In this document: positions 16,906-25,162 of the stretch, piece by piece
Position numbering within the stretch: position 1 is the first letter of the stretch
Layout of the letters: the number at the start of each line of letters is the position of its first letter
Notes under the pieces: model-generated
The model's database searches: none
Seen by the model: the letters and a program-made list of their open reading frames with translations, nothing else
Told to the model about the DNA's origin: nothing
DNA from: a virus
Reading direction: 5' to 3' (one strand)
Virus genome (UHGV): UHGV-2109381
Length of the DNA stretch: 46,031 nt
Translations under genes and position numbers: made by a program

Positions 16906-17391
16906 TCATTTCATCCCCTCGCCGTGTTTAAATTTATATGTTTTAACATTTGAGTCAGTGAAAGCATCCAGAACTGACGCAGTAATTACCGCCTGTTCAG
17001 CAGTCTGCCCCAAGCACATTGCGGTCATAGCAAAGTCTCGCCCGCAACCAGCGGCAAGTGGGGGAATGACCGCGTAAACCGCCGGATATTTATTATCAGG
17101 AATCTTCTGGATGGCAAAACAGTTCCCTTTGTCTGTGAATACCCATTGAGTGAATTCCAGCTCTTCTGGCATCTCCATAATGCCATCAACAGCCAGCCGC
17201 ATGAACTGCTTCGCGTATCGCTCATCACCGGCAGCGCCACTACCAACAATCAGTACCGCCAGCTCACCGCAAATAAAAAACTTATCATTTTCATCAAGTA
17301 CAAAAGACTTCTGCTGGTTAGCCATAATCAGGCTTCCGGCAGTGGACTTATCGTGCGCAATCGTAACCCCATCCCATGCAATTGTTGTCAT
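16906..17391 (-). CDS. N-terminal-nucleophile (Ntn) hydrolase, HslV/proteasome-beta-like protein.
   Basis: It begins M-TTIAWDGVTIAHDKSTAGSL, which parallels HslV [23 protein letters not shown] and proteasome-beta TTIAG... The Thr nucleophile is exposed after Met removal. A later GSG-like glycine loop is present. Confidence 0.45.
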   Translation of the reverse strand: MTTIAWDGVTIAHDKSTAGSLIMANQQKSFVLDENDKFFICGELAVLIVGSGAAGDERYAKQFMRLAVDGIMEMPEELEFTQWVFTDKGNCFAIQKIPDNKYPAVYAVIPPLAAGCGRDFAMTAMCLGQTAEQAVITASVLDAFTDSNVKTYKFKHGEGMK

Positions 17392-17422
17392 TTCATCACC
17401 TCAATCATAAATACGATACCCT

Positions 17423-17662
17423 TCATAAATCACCACCCTCATCGTTATTTAACTCAACATTACGAAAGAAATCATTAATCGTCTTCAGGCCACTATAACC
17501 ACGGCGCCGCTGCAACTCACACAGCACCTCATCATACATGCGCAGTAGGATGGCCTCATCCACATCGTACCTTTCGCACAGCGCCTCATCAGACACGCCA
17601 GCTCTTGCTAGTGAGTATATTTTCTCCTTCTGCTCCCACGAAAAAGATGAGTATGCCTTCAT
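17423..17662 (-). CDS. Hypothetical protein with a putative HTH.
   Basis: 79 aa. The segment IYSLARAGVSDEALCERYDVDEAIL looks like a helix-turn-helix. Confidence 0.4.
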   Translation of the reverse strand: MKAYSSFSWEQKEKIYSLARAGVSDEALCERYDVDEAILLRMYDEVLCELQRRRGYSGLKTINDFFRNVELNNDEGGDL

Positions 17663-17694
17663 GATGCCACGGTGATGTAGTTATGTCAATGCGC

Positions 17695-17723
17695 CTTTAC
17701 GTAGATTCTAGCATGTCGTAGAT
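17695..17723 (+). promoter_or_regulatory. Promoter with the motif, for the plus-strand gene 17751..18041.
   Basis: TTtACGTAGATTctagcatgtcgTAGATT: -35, a 17-nt spacer, and TAGATT as the -10 element. Confidence 0.5.
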
Positions 17724-17750
17724 TAAAATGAAACCTCTCGGAGAAATCTT

Positions 17751-18041
17751 ATGAAATGTGTCATTTTTGAGCTTGATGGTGTGCTGCGCGATGCTGAAGG
17801 AAATGCTATTGCTGGTAACGTTGCGCTGGCTAAGTCGCTCTACTCTGCCGGGCACGACGTCCTAATCATGAGGGCAAAGCATGCGTATGAGTGGCTGCAT
17901 GCTAACGATGTTTTCTATGATGACATTATGGCTTCGCACCAGCAGATTGACGCAGACAGGGTGGCAATGGCGGTCGTTTCTGATGACGTGATTTATGCCG
18001 CAATGCGAAATGCGGGGATTCACTGCTGGCTTTACAAATAG
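17751..18041 (+). CDS. Hypothetical protein with a degenerate HAD-like N-terminus, a moron opposing the packaging operon.
   Basis: 96 aa. The N-terminus reads MKCVIFELDGVL. It has its own promoter and a downstream hairpin at 18040-18057. Confidence 0.45.
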   Translation: MKCVIFELDGVLRDAEGNAIAGNVALAKSLYSAGHDVLIMRAKHAYEWLHANDVFYDDIMASHQQIDADRVAMAVVSDDVIYAAMRNAGIHCWLYK

Positions 18042-18056
18042 ACCCCTGCCGGGGTC

Positions 18057-20591
18057 TTATCTCCTGCTCCGCCTAATCCATCCAGAGCCACGCTGTACGA
18101 TGTGATCGTTGCATGCATATCTGATTGCGTCAATGAAGTGGTTCCACGCATCCACAATATTTGTGAGCACGTTACCCGTCAGCTTGTCCACCTTGTAACT
18201 GTACATAGTGAACTCTTCCTGAGTCTGTGTGCAGCGGTCATGAATGATGATGCTGTCGCAACCCCTGAGCCAGGTTACACCATCCTCCACGCTCCCGGGC
18301 CACTTATTGCATGGATGGATATCAAATCCTGCGCGTTTGATGTGACTGATTGTTTCTGGCCGAGAGCAGTCCCCATACCATCTTGCCTTCCTGGAGAGTG
18401 GGAATGATTGCTCCATCGCTGTAGGTGTGTCGGTAATCTCAAGGCCTACACGGCCGTATTCGCGCGCGACGTAAAGGTTGCGGCGGTCATCAGGAAGTTT
18501 CTCAATGTAAACCTCAACCATCGCCGTTGCGTCCTGCGAGAATCCAAAGTCGATGCCAAAGTAAGGCCCATGCCATTCCGGCTTAACCTCGAAATCAGCA
18601 ACGCGCCACTTACCGCCAAATACCTGCTCATCATTACGCTTATTAAAGCGCCCACCCCACACCCATTGATAGCGGTCGAAGTCGGTCTCTTTCATGCGTT
18701 GCATTTGGCTTGGGAGCGGAGTATCCCAGAACCACGGATTGTCTGAGTAATTACACTCCATAATCAGGTTTTCATCATCCTCATAGATGCCGCCATTTTC
18801 GCGCAATTTATTATAAAAAGGCTCAACCCATATTTTCCACGTCGGGTCATGCTCTTTATTTGGGTTGAAGGTCACCCATATCTCTGACCCTTCAGCGCGG
18901 ACTGTTGGGGTGAGGATTTCCCAGCTTGTCTGGCTGACGTTTTCCGCCTCCTCGACCCAAGCTACTGTAATGCCAGCGAAGCCTTTTACGGTCGTCTGGT
19001 TGCGATACAGGCCTTTAAAGCGGAACTTTGCTTTCGTTACCTTGTGTGTTATTTCGTTGTTGATGACGCGAAACTCTTTTGTCTCGCCCTTCCTGTCAAT
19101 CTCGTCTTTCAGCTCCTGATATGAACTATCCTCAATAGACTGCTGAATCTCACGAAAACAAGCTATCCTGTCAGGCTTAAAGCGTGCACGCTCCGTAAGT
19201 ATTGTTGTTACTGTCCTTGTTTTTCCGCTGTTGTGTGTAACCGTGCCATCAGCAAGCAGGAAAAGATGATCGCCATCAATAGTGAACCCAGCGTATTCAC
19301 CATGCCCGACATAAGACAATGACACCTCAGTCATCTTTCCACGGGTTGACTTGGTTTTCTCTGCTATCTTCCTTTTTACTCGGCATGGGATTGTATGAAG
19401 GTCACCACTAACGAACACCTCCCATACGTCCTTTTCGTATATTCTTTTCTCACCTTTATATTCAAAGGTGACATCAGTCTTTTTGATTATGCTTGACTTG
19501 AAGCCAAGAGATCTTGCCACATCCATCAAAGAGAAGGCCATTTCTTTATTTATTGATGTGAAAGAATAGCTTTTCTTTTTCTGGTCATAATGCGAATCAG
19601 TATCCAATAGCCCAGCCAGAATCTGAAGTCTTACCTCTCTGCTGTTTTTGATATAGCAGTCAGGTATGTGTTTATTATTAATCACCCCAAGCTGCTGCAT
19701 TTTAGTTAGTAACGGGTTGGTGTTCTTCCCCATGCCAGCAGCTCGACCATTAGTTATCGCATAGACAGGGCATCTATCATCGTCGCGAACCTTTACCTGC
19801 ATCCCGTATTTGCTTGCCACGTTGTGAATGTAGTCAACTATCTCTGGATCAGGCGTGCATACTTCAACACCACGAGATGAACCATCACCTAACCATAAAC
19901 CAAGAAAGTACGGGTCAACTGGGACGCTTTGGTCATTAAAATCCCATCCTGTTCGCCACCCTTTAAAGACATGGCGGAACTTTTTGGAAGTTGCGCGCGA
20001 CAAATATTCTGAAACACCAATATTCAGTATTTCAGGTTCATTCGGGTAATAACGATAAATTCTTTTACCATCCGGTGTTTTTGTCTCGTCACTGATAGCA
20101 GATGGAATCTTTCGTAATGACAGTATGTGACTTGAGTTGACAGTGTAGTCATCAGCATATTTTTGATGAACCGTATACATGTCATCAAACCCCCGACAGA
20201 TGTTTAAAACATTTCGTGGTTTACTGTCTGGACCCATAACCTTATCGCCAACAACGATATCCTCTACGCGTTTTAGGCTACCATCAAACATCCTCACCAT
20301 CGTGCCGATGGCTAAGCATCCGCGCCCGCCAAACACAATCTTATTACGCTTGGGGTAAAGTAGCTTTTCCAGCTTTTCTGGTATCAGGTGATCAACGCCA
20401 ATATCAGAGTCGCTAACGTCATCAACTCCGCTTTGCGTCATTTTTAGTTTGCGAACAATCTGCTTATCTGTATTAACAACACCGAACACCGCAGATTCAG
20501 GCGCATCAATCACGCCATCGCCAATAATCTCTTCGAGTTTTTCAATTGCTGGTGCTGAGAGTCTTTTGCGTGCCATATATAGATTCCTCAT
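18057..20591 (-). CDS. Terminase large subunit (TerL) interrupted by an in-frame intein.
   Basis: The exteins give Walker A FGGRG|SGKTRTV. The C-terminal region (VTFNPN, WVEEAENV...) is nuclease-like. The 844-aa ORF minus a 363-aa intein leaves a ~481-aa terminase. Confidence 0.8.
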   Translation of the reverse strand: MRNLYMARKRLSAPAIEKLEEIIGDGVIDAPESAVFGVVNTDKQIVRKLKMTQSGVDDVSDSDIGVDHLIPEKLEKLLYPKRNKIVFGGRGCLAIGTMVRMFDGSLKRVEDIVVGDKVMGPDSKPRNVLNICRGFDDMYTVHQKYADDYTVNSSHILSLRKIPSAISDETKTPDGKRIYRYYPNEPEILNIGVSEYLSRATSKKFRHVFKGWRTGWDFNDQSVPVDPYFLGLWLGDGSSRGVEVCTPDPEIVDYIHNVASKYGMQVKVRDDDRCPVYAITNGRAAGMGKNTNPLLTKMQQLGVINNKHIPDCYIKNSREVRLQILAGLLDTDSHYDQKKKSYSFTSINKEMAFSLMDVARSLGFKSSIIKKTDVTFEYKGEKRIYEKDVWEVFVSGDLHTIPCRVKRKIAEKTKSTRGKMTEVSLSYVGHGEYAGFTIDGDHLFLLADGTVTHNSGKTRTVTTILTERARFKPDRIACFREIQQSIEDSSYQELKDEIDRKGETKEFRVINNEITHKVTKAKFRFKGLYRNQTTVKGFAGITVAWVEEAENVSQTSWEILTPTVRAEGSEIWVTFNPNKEHDPTWKIWVEPFYNKLRENGGIYEDDENLIMECNYSDNPWFWDTPLPSQMQRMKETDFDRYQWVWGGRFNKRNDEQVFGGKWRVADFEVKPEWHGPYFGIDFGFSQDATAMVEVYIEKLPDDRRNLYVAREYGRVGLEITDTPTAMEQSFPLSRKARWYGDCSRPETISHIKRAGFDIHPCNKWPGSVEDGVTWLRGCDSIIIHDRCTQTQEEFTMYSYKVDKLTGNVLTNIVDAWNHFIDAIRYACNDHIVQRGSGWIRRSRR
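19230..20318 (-). mobile_element. Intein (Hint domain plus LAGLIDADG homing endonuclease) inserted in the TerL P-loop.
   Basis: It starts with Cys (GGRG/CLAIGTMV) and ends ...LLADGTVTHN/SGKT. Two LAGLIDADG motifs are present: FLGLWLGDGSS and LAGLLDTDSH. Confidence 0.8.
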
Positions 20592-20675
20592 CAGGGCATC
20601 ATTGAAGTGAATGCGGCAGGCGGTGATGAGTCGCTTTTCGGGTGCCCCCTAGCCGCATTGATTATTATAAATCAG

Positions 20676-21152
20676 TTACTGTTGCTGCTCCAGTAATTTC
20701 TCCAGCCGCTCAAGGCGCACCGCAAGCTCTGTTACCTCTTCGATATCAAGCCCGGCCTTCAGAATGTCTGCCATCATCTTGCCAATGTCGGCTGGAACAA
20801 CGCCAGTAGAGACGCCCTTGATAATCGCATCCATCTTCTGCACAGGCGTACCGTCAGAAGGGAAATCAAACTCAACAGGTGGCGCTACAGGCTTTGGAAT
20901 TGGGTTCAGTCGCAGGAATATCTCACGCAGCATGCCGGTAGCCTGAGCGTCTTCGCATGTCATCGCCTTGTTGATGTAGTACGTGACGAATTCAATCTCA
21001 TTCATCGGCGTATTTGCAGCACGTAATGCTTCAAGAAGAACTGTTCTGTAGCTTTTTCCTCTTGGTGGCGGCTGATTGCTGGATGAAAATTTGTGCTTAG
21101 GGTTCGGATTTGCCATTTTATATGTGTCCTTTGAGTAACTCACATAGGACAT
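20676..21152 (-). CDS. Terminase small subunit, putative. The start may instead be the internal ATG at 21116.
   Basis: ~150 aa. A basic N-terminus (KHKFSSSNQPPPRGKSYR) is followed by an alpha-helical domain. It lies immediately upstream of TerL. Confidence 0.5.
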   Translation of the reverse strand: MSYVSYSKDTYKMANPNPKHKFSSSNQPPPRGKSYRTVLLEALRAANTPMNEIEFVTYYINKAMTCEDAQATGMLREIFLRLNPIPKPVAPPVEFDFPSDGTPVQKMDAIIKGVSTGVVPADIGKMMADILKAGLDIEEVTELAVRLERLEKLLEQQQ

Positions 21153-21179
21153 ATCTTACCACATGGCGTAGATAAAAAA

Positions 21180-21201
21180 GAAGCCAGCGCAATGCTGGCT
21201 T
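21180..21201 (-). terminator. Hairpin terminator after the HNH gene, ahead of the packaging operon.
   Basis: gccagc-attgcgc-gctggc. The minus strand reads gccagcattgcgctggcttcttttttatc. Confidence 0.55.
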
Positions 21202-21233
21202 AAAGGGTGGTGAGGTGATGATCGATGAAACTA

Positions 21234-21785
21234 TTATACACCATGATTATCGTGAAACCCATACTCTTCTTCTGCTTTCTTTCTTGCCAGCTCCGCATCA
21301 AGTATGTCGTTGAAATATCCAAGATGTATGAACTTCTTGTTAACCCTTATTTTTGCTTGCCACTTTCGCTTATCCTTCCTCCAGTGTACCCCAGTTACTC
21401 CACTACTATTGCTAGAGTACTTAGATTTGTTTTTTAGATTCCCTCCCCTATTTGTCAGCCTGAGATTTTCAATCCTGTTATCACCAGGGTTATGGTTTAT
21501 ATGGTCAATCTCCAATCCACCAGTTATAGGGCCATTATGCATTTCCCATATGATTCTGTGCGCAAAGTATTTTCGTCCAGAGCACCAAATAGATGTATAT
21601 CCTTTTGACCCTGAGTGGCCTGCAACCTTACCTTTTCTTGCCTTGCGGCCATCATCCTCGCGCCATATCAGGTTTCCGTTGTTGTATTCAAACAGCTCAT
21701 TCCAGTCTATTCTTTTCATCACACTTACCGCTCCTGCACCACAAATCATTGCGTGGGGATTTAACATGAACCACCTCAATCGCAT
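21234..21785 (-). CDS. HNH-AP2 homing endonuclease, copy 3 (intact HNH and AP2 domains).
   Basis: HNH region YFAHRIIWEMHNGPITGGLEIDHINHNPGDNRIENLR. AP2 region SGVTGVHWRKDKRKWQAKIRVNKKFIHLGYF. Possible starts are 21785, 21767 (GAGGTGG SD) or 21719. Confidence 0.8.
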   Translation of the reverse strand: MRLRWFMLNPHAMICGAGAVSVMKRIDWNELFEYNNGNLIWREDDGRKARKGKVAGHSGSKGYTSIWCSGRKYFAHRIIWEMHNGPITGGLEIDHINHNPGDNRIENLRLTNRGGNLKNKSKYSSNSSGVTGVHWRKDKRKWQAKIRVNKKFIHLGYFNDILDAELARKKAEEEYGFHDNHGV

Positions 21786-21876
21786 CAGGAAAGGCTTTGG
21801 CGATTGCTGCTATGAAGTGGTCGACTCCTTCAATCTGCGCAGCTTGCCATACCTCCCGCTTTGATTTTTGCGGCAT
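21697..21876 (-). CDS. Upstream mini-ORF of HNH copy 3 (59 aa). It ends ...WCRSGKCDEKNRLE-UGA, overlapping the HNH frame.
   Basis: Its ATG overlaps the stop of the 52-aa ORF (TAATG). The C-terminal motif C.SG.C..KNR is shared with the mini-ORFs 27918..28070 and 30952..31077. Confidence 0.35.
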   Translation of the reverse strand: MPQKSKREVWQAAQIEGVDHFIAAIAKAFPDAIEVVHVKSPRNDLWCRSGKCDEKNRLE

Positions 21877-22034
21877 TACTGATACCTCGTAGTTGAGTAC
21901 ATATACCGAAGCATACTGTTATGCTCAACCACCATCATCATACTGCCAACCTGAATGACGGCGTGATGCTTTCCGGTCTCCTCATACAGAAAGTCAGCCT
22001 CTTCGCATGCTGCCTGAATGTCGCTCCACAACAT
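21876..22034 (-). CDS. Hypothetical 52-aa protein.
   Basis: GAGGTG SD. Not in the ORF track. Confidence 0.3.
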   Translation of the reverse strand: MLWSDIQAACEEADFLYEETGKHHAVIQVGSMMMVVEHNSMLRYMYSTTRYQ

Positions 22035-22037
22035 GAT

Positions 22038-22130
22038 TCACCTCACGATAAAGTAGACGGCCAGTGCAACAACAATCCAGAATGCAATGCAGGCTACAGC
22101 AATAAGCCTGCGGATGATGTAGGGTTTCAT
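22038..22130 (-). CDS. 30-aa hydrophobic peptide.
   Basis: GGAGGA SD. Its ATGA overlaps 22127..22606. TM core IAVACIAFWIVVALAVYFIV. Confidence 0.3.
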   Translation of the reverse strand: MKPYIIRRLIAVACIAFWIVVALAVYFIVR

Positions 22131-22606
22131 GGTTTATCCTCCTGCGGGGCGGCTGTGATTAAGTTATGCAGAACCGAGTAGGCATCATCACCATGCGCTT
22201 CAGTGTAGTCGCTCATGTGCGTATTGATATGGCGAATCCAACCTTGTGCATCACCATAATTGCGCTCGCGATAGTCATCCAGCATGCACTGAACCAGGCG
22301 AAGGGCTTCAATCAAGTTTGTGTCGATAGCATCAAGCACTACCGGTGCTGGCTGTGCGTGATAGAGGGTCGTATCCTCGGTACCAGCAGAGACAGAGATT
22401 ACCTTTCTCATCCTAGCCGTATCGGTTGAACAGAACAGTTTTCGTTCCTTGTAATCTGGCTCGCTGTCCATTGCGGCCAGCGCTATACGAGCCAGTTCAC
22501 GCAAATTCTCACTATGCGGAGATGTCATTTCTCGGCTGATAATGTGCTGCGCAGTATCAATCAGAATCTGCCGCTGCTGCTCTCTGGTTATGGTTGATTT
22601 GGTCAT
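22127..22606 (-). CDS. Hypothetical protein.
   Basis: 159 aa ORF. Confidence 0.45.
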   Translation of the reverse strand: MTKSTITREQQRQILIDTAQHIISREMTSPHSENLRELARIALAAMDSEPDYKERKLFCSTDTARMRKVISVSAGTEDTTLYHAQPAPVVLDAIDTNLIEALRLVQCMLDDYRERNYGDAQGWIRHINTHMSDYTEAHGDDAYSVLHNLITAAPQEDKP

Positions 22607-22610
22607 TGGG

Positions 22611-22802
22611 CTATTCCTCCACGCTTATATCTACGGAAACTTTCATCTTCCCTGCGGTGACCTCAAAGCCAGTAACATCCGCATTAAGCATGTATTCCGA
22701 GATAACCAGGGCGAGTAGTTTCAATTTGGCGTCAGTGTTGTTGCCATTCAGTTCTTCCAGGAGCTCGATAACCGGCTCCATGTGTTCACCCATTTTCATC
22801 AC
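22611..22802 (-). CDS. Hypothetical protein.
   Basis: 63 aa ORF, coupled. Confidence 0.4.
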   Translation of the reverse strand: MMKMGEHMEPVIELLEELNGNNTDAKLKLLALVISEYMLNADVTGFEVTAGKMKVSVDISVEE

Positions 22803-23314
22803 TCAGCCTCCACCTTGATGCCAGCGGAGGTGATCGCAGCATCGACCTCGTCGGCGTAGTAGTACGTTAATCCGCTCGATGATTTAGCCAACTTGAATGG
22901 CTCTGGCAGCTTCACGGTGCGGGACTCCAGCTCGGCGATGCGCTTCTCTGCAATTTCCAGTTCCAACTTTAGGTGTTGGTTTTCATCTCTCGCCGCTTCC
23001 CTAAATTCGATCGCGGTTTTGCTGTAGGTCTCAAGCTCGCCGTTCCGCTGCTGCGCCTTCTCCAGCGCCTCTACCAGAGCGAGGATGTTTTCCGGCTTAC
23101 ATTCACGGAAGAACAGCTCATCAGCCTCGCCGTTCGGCCCAATGAATCCGTACTCCATGTTTTTATGGTCGGCCTGCAATACCAGAGAGCCGTCATTACC
23201 GAAGCACCGGTACTTAATACTCCCACTCCCATCAATACGGTCGCCAATACGACCAGGAGTCGCTTTCTCTGCCGCCGCTTTCAGGCGCTGCGACAGTTCG
23301 GTGATATCAGTCAT
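22799..23314 (-). CDS. Ea22-like (ead/Ea22) family protein.
   Basis: 171 aa. It carries a [15 protein letters not shown] motif and a central coiled coil, as in lambdoid Ea22-like proteins. Confidence 0.45.
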   Translation of the reverse strand: MTDITELSQRLKAAAEKATPGRIGDRIDGSGSIKYRCFGNDGSLVLQADHKNMEYGFIGPNGEADELFFRECKPENILALVEALEKAQQRNGELETYSKTAIEFREAARDENQHLKLELEIAEKRIAELESRTVKLPEPFKLAKSSSGLTYYYADEVDAAITSAGIKVEAE

Positions 23315-23595
23315 GCTGCTCGCTCCTGCTTTGTCATCAGCGCATCACGGACGCTCTGGCGGTAGTAGTGGTGAAAGGCAAAAGTCAGGCCGAGCTTTGT
23401 TGGCCGCTCCTGTTTCCCCAGCAGTTTGAGGCGAGTGCAAATGGTCGTCGCCGTCCAGCCAGAGTGATAACCGGCAGCTCGCTTCATAACGGTTTCCGCC
23501 AGAATGGTGCGAAAGTCGTCTCGCCCGAAATTAGTGTTTTCGAATGCGGCGCTGATTACTTCGTCAGTGAGATGTGCATCGATAGCGTGGCTCAT
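23311..23595 (-). CDS. Hypothetical protein.
   Basis: The ATG at 23595 overlaps the upstream stop (ATGA). The track ORF extends to 23706. Confidence 0.4.
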   Translation of the reverse strand: MSHAIDAHLTDEVISAAFENTNFGRDDFRTILAETVMKRAAGYHSGWTATTICTRLKLLGKQERPTKLGLTFAFHHYYRQSVRDALMTKQERAA

Positions 23596-24002
23596 TTGTC
23601 GGCCCCCTCGCGCAGCTGAGCGGCGAAGTCTTCGGCGTGTTCTCCAGCAAGCCACCAGTTGTTTCTGATATCCGAAGAAATGGCCCGCATAGATTCTTCT
23701 CGGCATTTTTCAACAAACATCTCCACCCCATCAGCCTTAATCCCGGCTACGATGCGATCGGTGACGGGGGTTTCGATATTGTTGAGAGCGTCAGTAAAAC
23801 CGCCCCTTTCCATGCCAAGTTCGGCTTCATAGTCGGCATCAAATGCAGCGTTTTTGCAGAACTTCTTCAGCGCCACATTCTCCGCAGCCAGTTGCACGCA
23901 CAGCTTTGCAGCATTGAGGTATTTTTCCTCTTTGATTGAGAGTTCACCACCGCTCTCAAGATTTTTAATAATTTCCTGAACTTCGTTGATTTCGATATCC
24001 AT
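23592..24002 (-). CDS. Hypothetical protein.
   Basis: 136 aa ORF. Confidence 0.45.
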   Translation of the reverse strand: MDIEINEVQEIIKNLESGGELSIKEEKYLNAAKLCVQLAAENVALKKFCKNAAFDADYEAELGMERGGFTDALNNIETPVTDRIVAGIKADGVEMFVEKCREESMRAISSDIRNNWWLAGEHAEDFAAQLREGADK

Positions 24003-24008
24003 AAATCC

Positions 24009-24269
24009 TCACTTAACTGCCTGCAAGCGCTCAAGCTCACGCATCAGTGCAGATACACGGCGTTGCCGAAAAGTCTCTGCATGCTCTTTTGCCTGCTGCT
24101 CATCAAGCCAGTATTCACCACGTTTAAAGTAAACATCGCCAACCACAGCAACCTTCCCATCAGCAAACAACTGTGCGCTTTCGTACTTCTGAATGCCACG
24201 GGTTAGTGCGTACTTCGTGACCCATATTGTTTCAGCGCTTGCCGCGTTAGCGATAACCAGTAAAACCAC
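24009..24269 (-). CDS. Small protein with a signal-peptide-like N-terminus. Start codon uncertain (GTG).
   Basis: The N-terminus reads (K)LLAVVLLVIANAASA|ETIW, consistent with a Sec signal. Confidence 0.35.
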   Translation of the reverse strand: MVLLVIANAASAETIWVTKYALTRGIQKYESAQLFADGKVAVVGDVYFKRGEYWLDEQQAKEHAETFRQRRVSALMRELERLQAVK

Positions 24270-24302
24270 TGCCAGTAATTTATTAATCGTTGCTAAACCG
24301 GT

Positions 24303-24488
24303 TTAGTTTCCACCAGATGACACGATAACCTGCTCAAGCACTCTCTGCTTGCCTTCGCCACTAAAAACTCGACAGACGCGCTTACCGTTGCTGTATGAAT
24401 GCATTGCCTGCGCCATCATAAAGTCTTGCGCTTTCACTGCGCCCATTTCTGGTTCCAGTTGAGTGCGCGTGTAGATTGCTTTGGTCAT
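24303..24488 (-). CDS. First early-left gene, a 61-aa small protein and possible small regulator.
   Basis: ATG with an AGGTGA SD, about 25 nt downstream of the leftward early promoter. Confidence 0.45.
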   Translation of the reverse strand: MTKAIYTRTQLEPEMGAVKAQDFMMAQAMHSYSNGKRVCRVFSGEGKQRVLEQVIVSSGGN

Positions 24489-24519
24489 TCTTCATCACCT
24501 ATTTGTTGTTGGTGTGGTA

Positions 24520-24548
24520 ACTATACGATGGCGCTCAATCTACGTCAA
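24520..24548 (-). promoter_or_regulatory. Leftward early promoter, a near-identical copy of the consensus promoter at 2833.
   Basis: The minus strand reads TTGACGTAGATTGAgcgccatcgTATAGT, with a 17-nt spacer. Confidence 0.65.
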
Positions 24549-24600
24549 TATGATGGTGAAAATAAATCAGATTGGGGTAAATTTTACCCCTGTGGGTAAG

Positions 24601-24870
24601 GTGTTGGGGCATAGGGCTTCCCCACGCACAAGCCTTGTCACTAAAGGGATTTAACATTTTTGGGGCAGTGGGGCAATTTTGACACCCATCCCCTTGTATA
24701 TATAAAAATGCCGCAAGTTTGTTAATTTATTGTTAAAATAATACCTATAATATGAATAATAATATTACCCATTACCCCAACTACTACTATTATTATTATA
24801 TTACATATACTTAGAGTATAAAAGTTTGGGGCAACTAGGGTGCCCCAAGGCTGCCCCATATGCCCCACAA
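24601..24870. promoter_or_regulatory. Divergent early control region. TGGGGCA heptamer repeats and a 21-bp palindrome flank a very AT-rich core that carries rightward promoter candidates.
   Basis: TGGGGCA at 24605, 24661, 24669 and 24827. The complement TGCCCCA at 24841, 24852 and 24861. Palindrome TGGGGCAactagggTGCCCCA at 24827-24847. Promoter candidates TTGACA (24679) with TATAAA (24701), and a perfect TATAAT at 24746. Confidence 0.5.
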
Positions 24871-24943
24871 TGAATGTTTGTGATTGCATGATTCAATGTT
24901 TATGATATGATTCAACATAGATTTGTTTGATGAGGGGGTTGAT

Positions 24944-25162
24944 GTGTATCTTGATAAGTACGGAAAGAAGAATGCGGCGCTGTCTTCGCTTGCAGCTATC
25001 GCTGTTGGGGAGGTGGTAACTTATGATGCAAGAAAGTTTGGCGGCGTTGTGAGTTTAAGGAACGCCATCAATTACTTCATGCGCAGGAATCCTGATTTAA
25101 AATTTTCCACTAAAGCCGGATATCCTGACAAAGAGACAATTTACGTGAAAAGGATTTCATGA
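24944..25162 (+). CDS. First early-right gene, hypothetical. The start is uncertain: GTG at 24944 or TTG at 24923.
   Basis: GAGGGGG SD 5 nt before the GTG. The track start is a TTG. Confidence 0.4.
   Translation: MYLDKYGKKNAALSSLAAIAVGEVVTYDARKFGGVVSLRNAINYFMRRNPDLKFSTKAGYPDKETIYVKRIS

Noticed and set aside
21304-22181. Plus-strand ORFs 21304..21864 and 21921..22181 opposite the HNH copy-3 locus.
   Set aside because: There are no start signals. The minus strand carries the HNH gene plus three SD-preceded, translationally coupled small ORFs.
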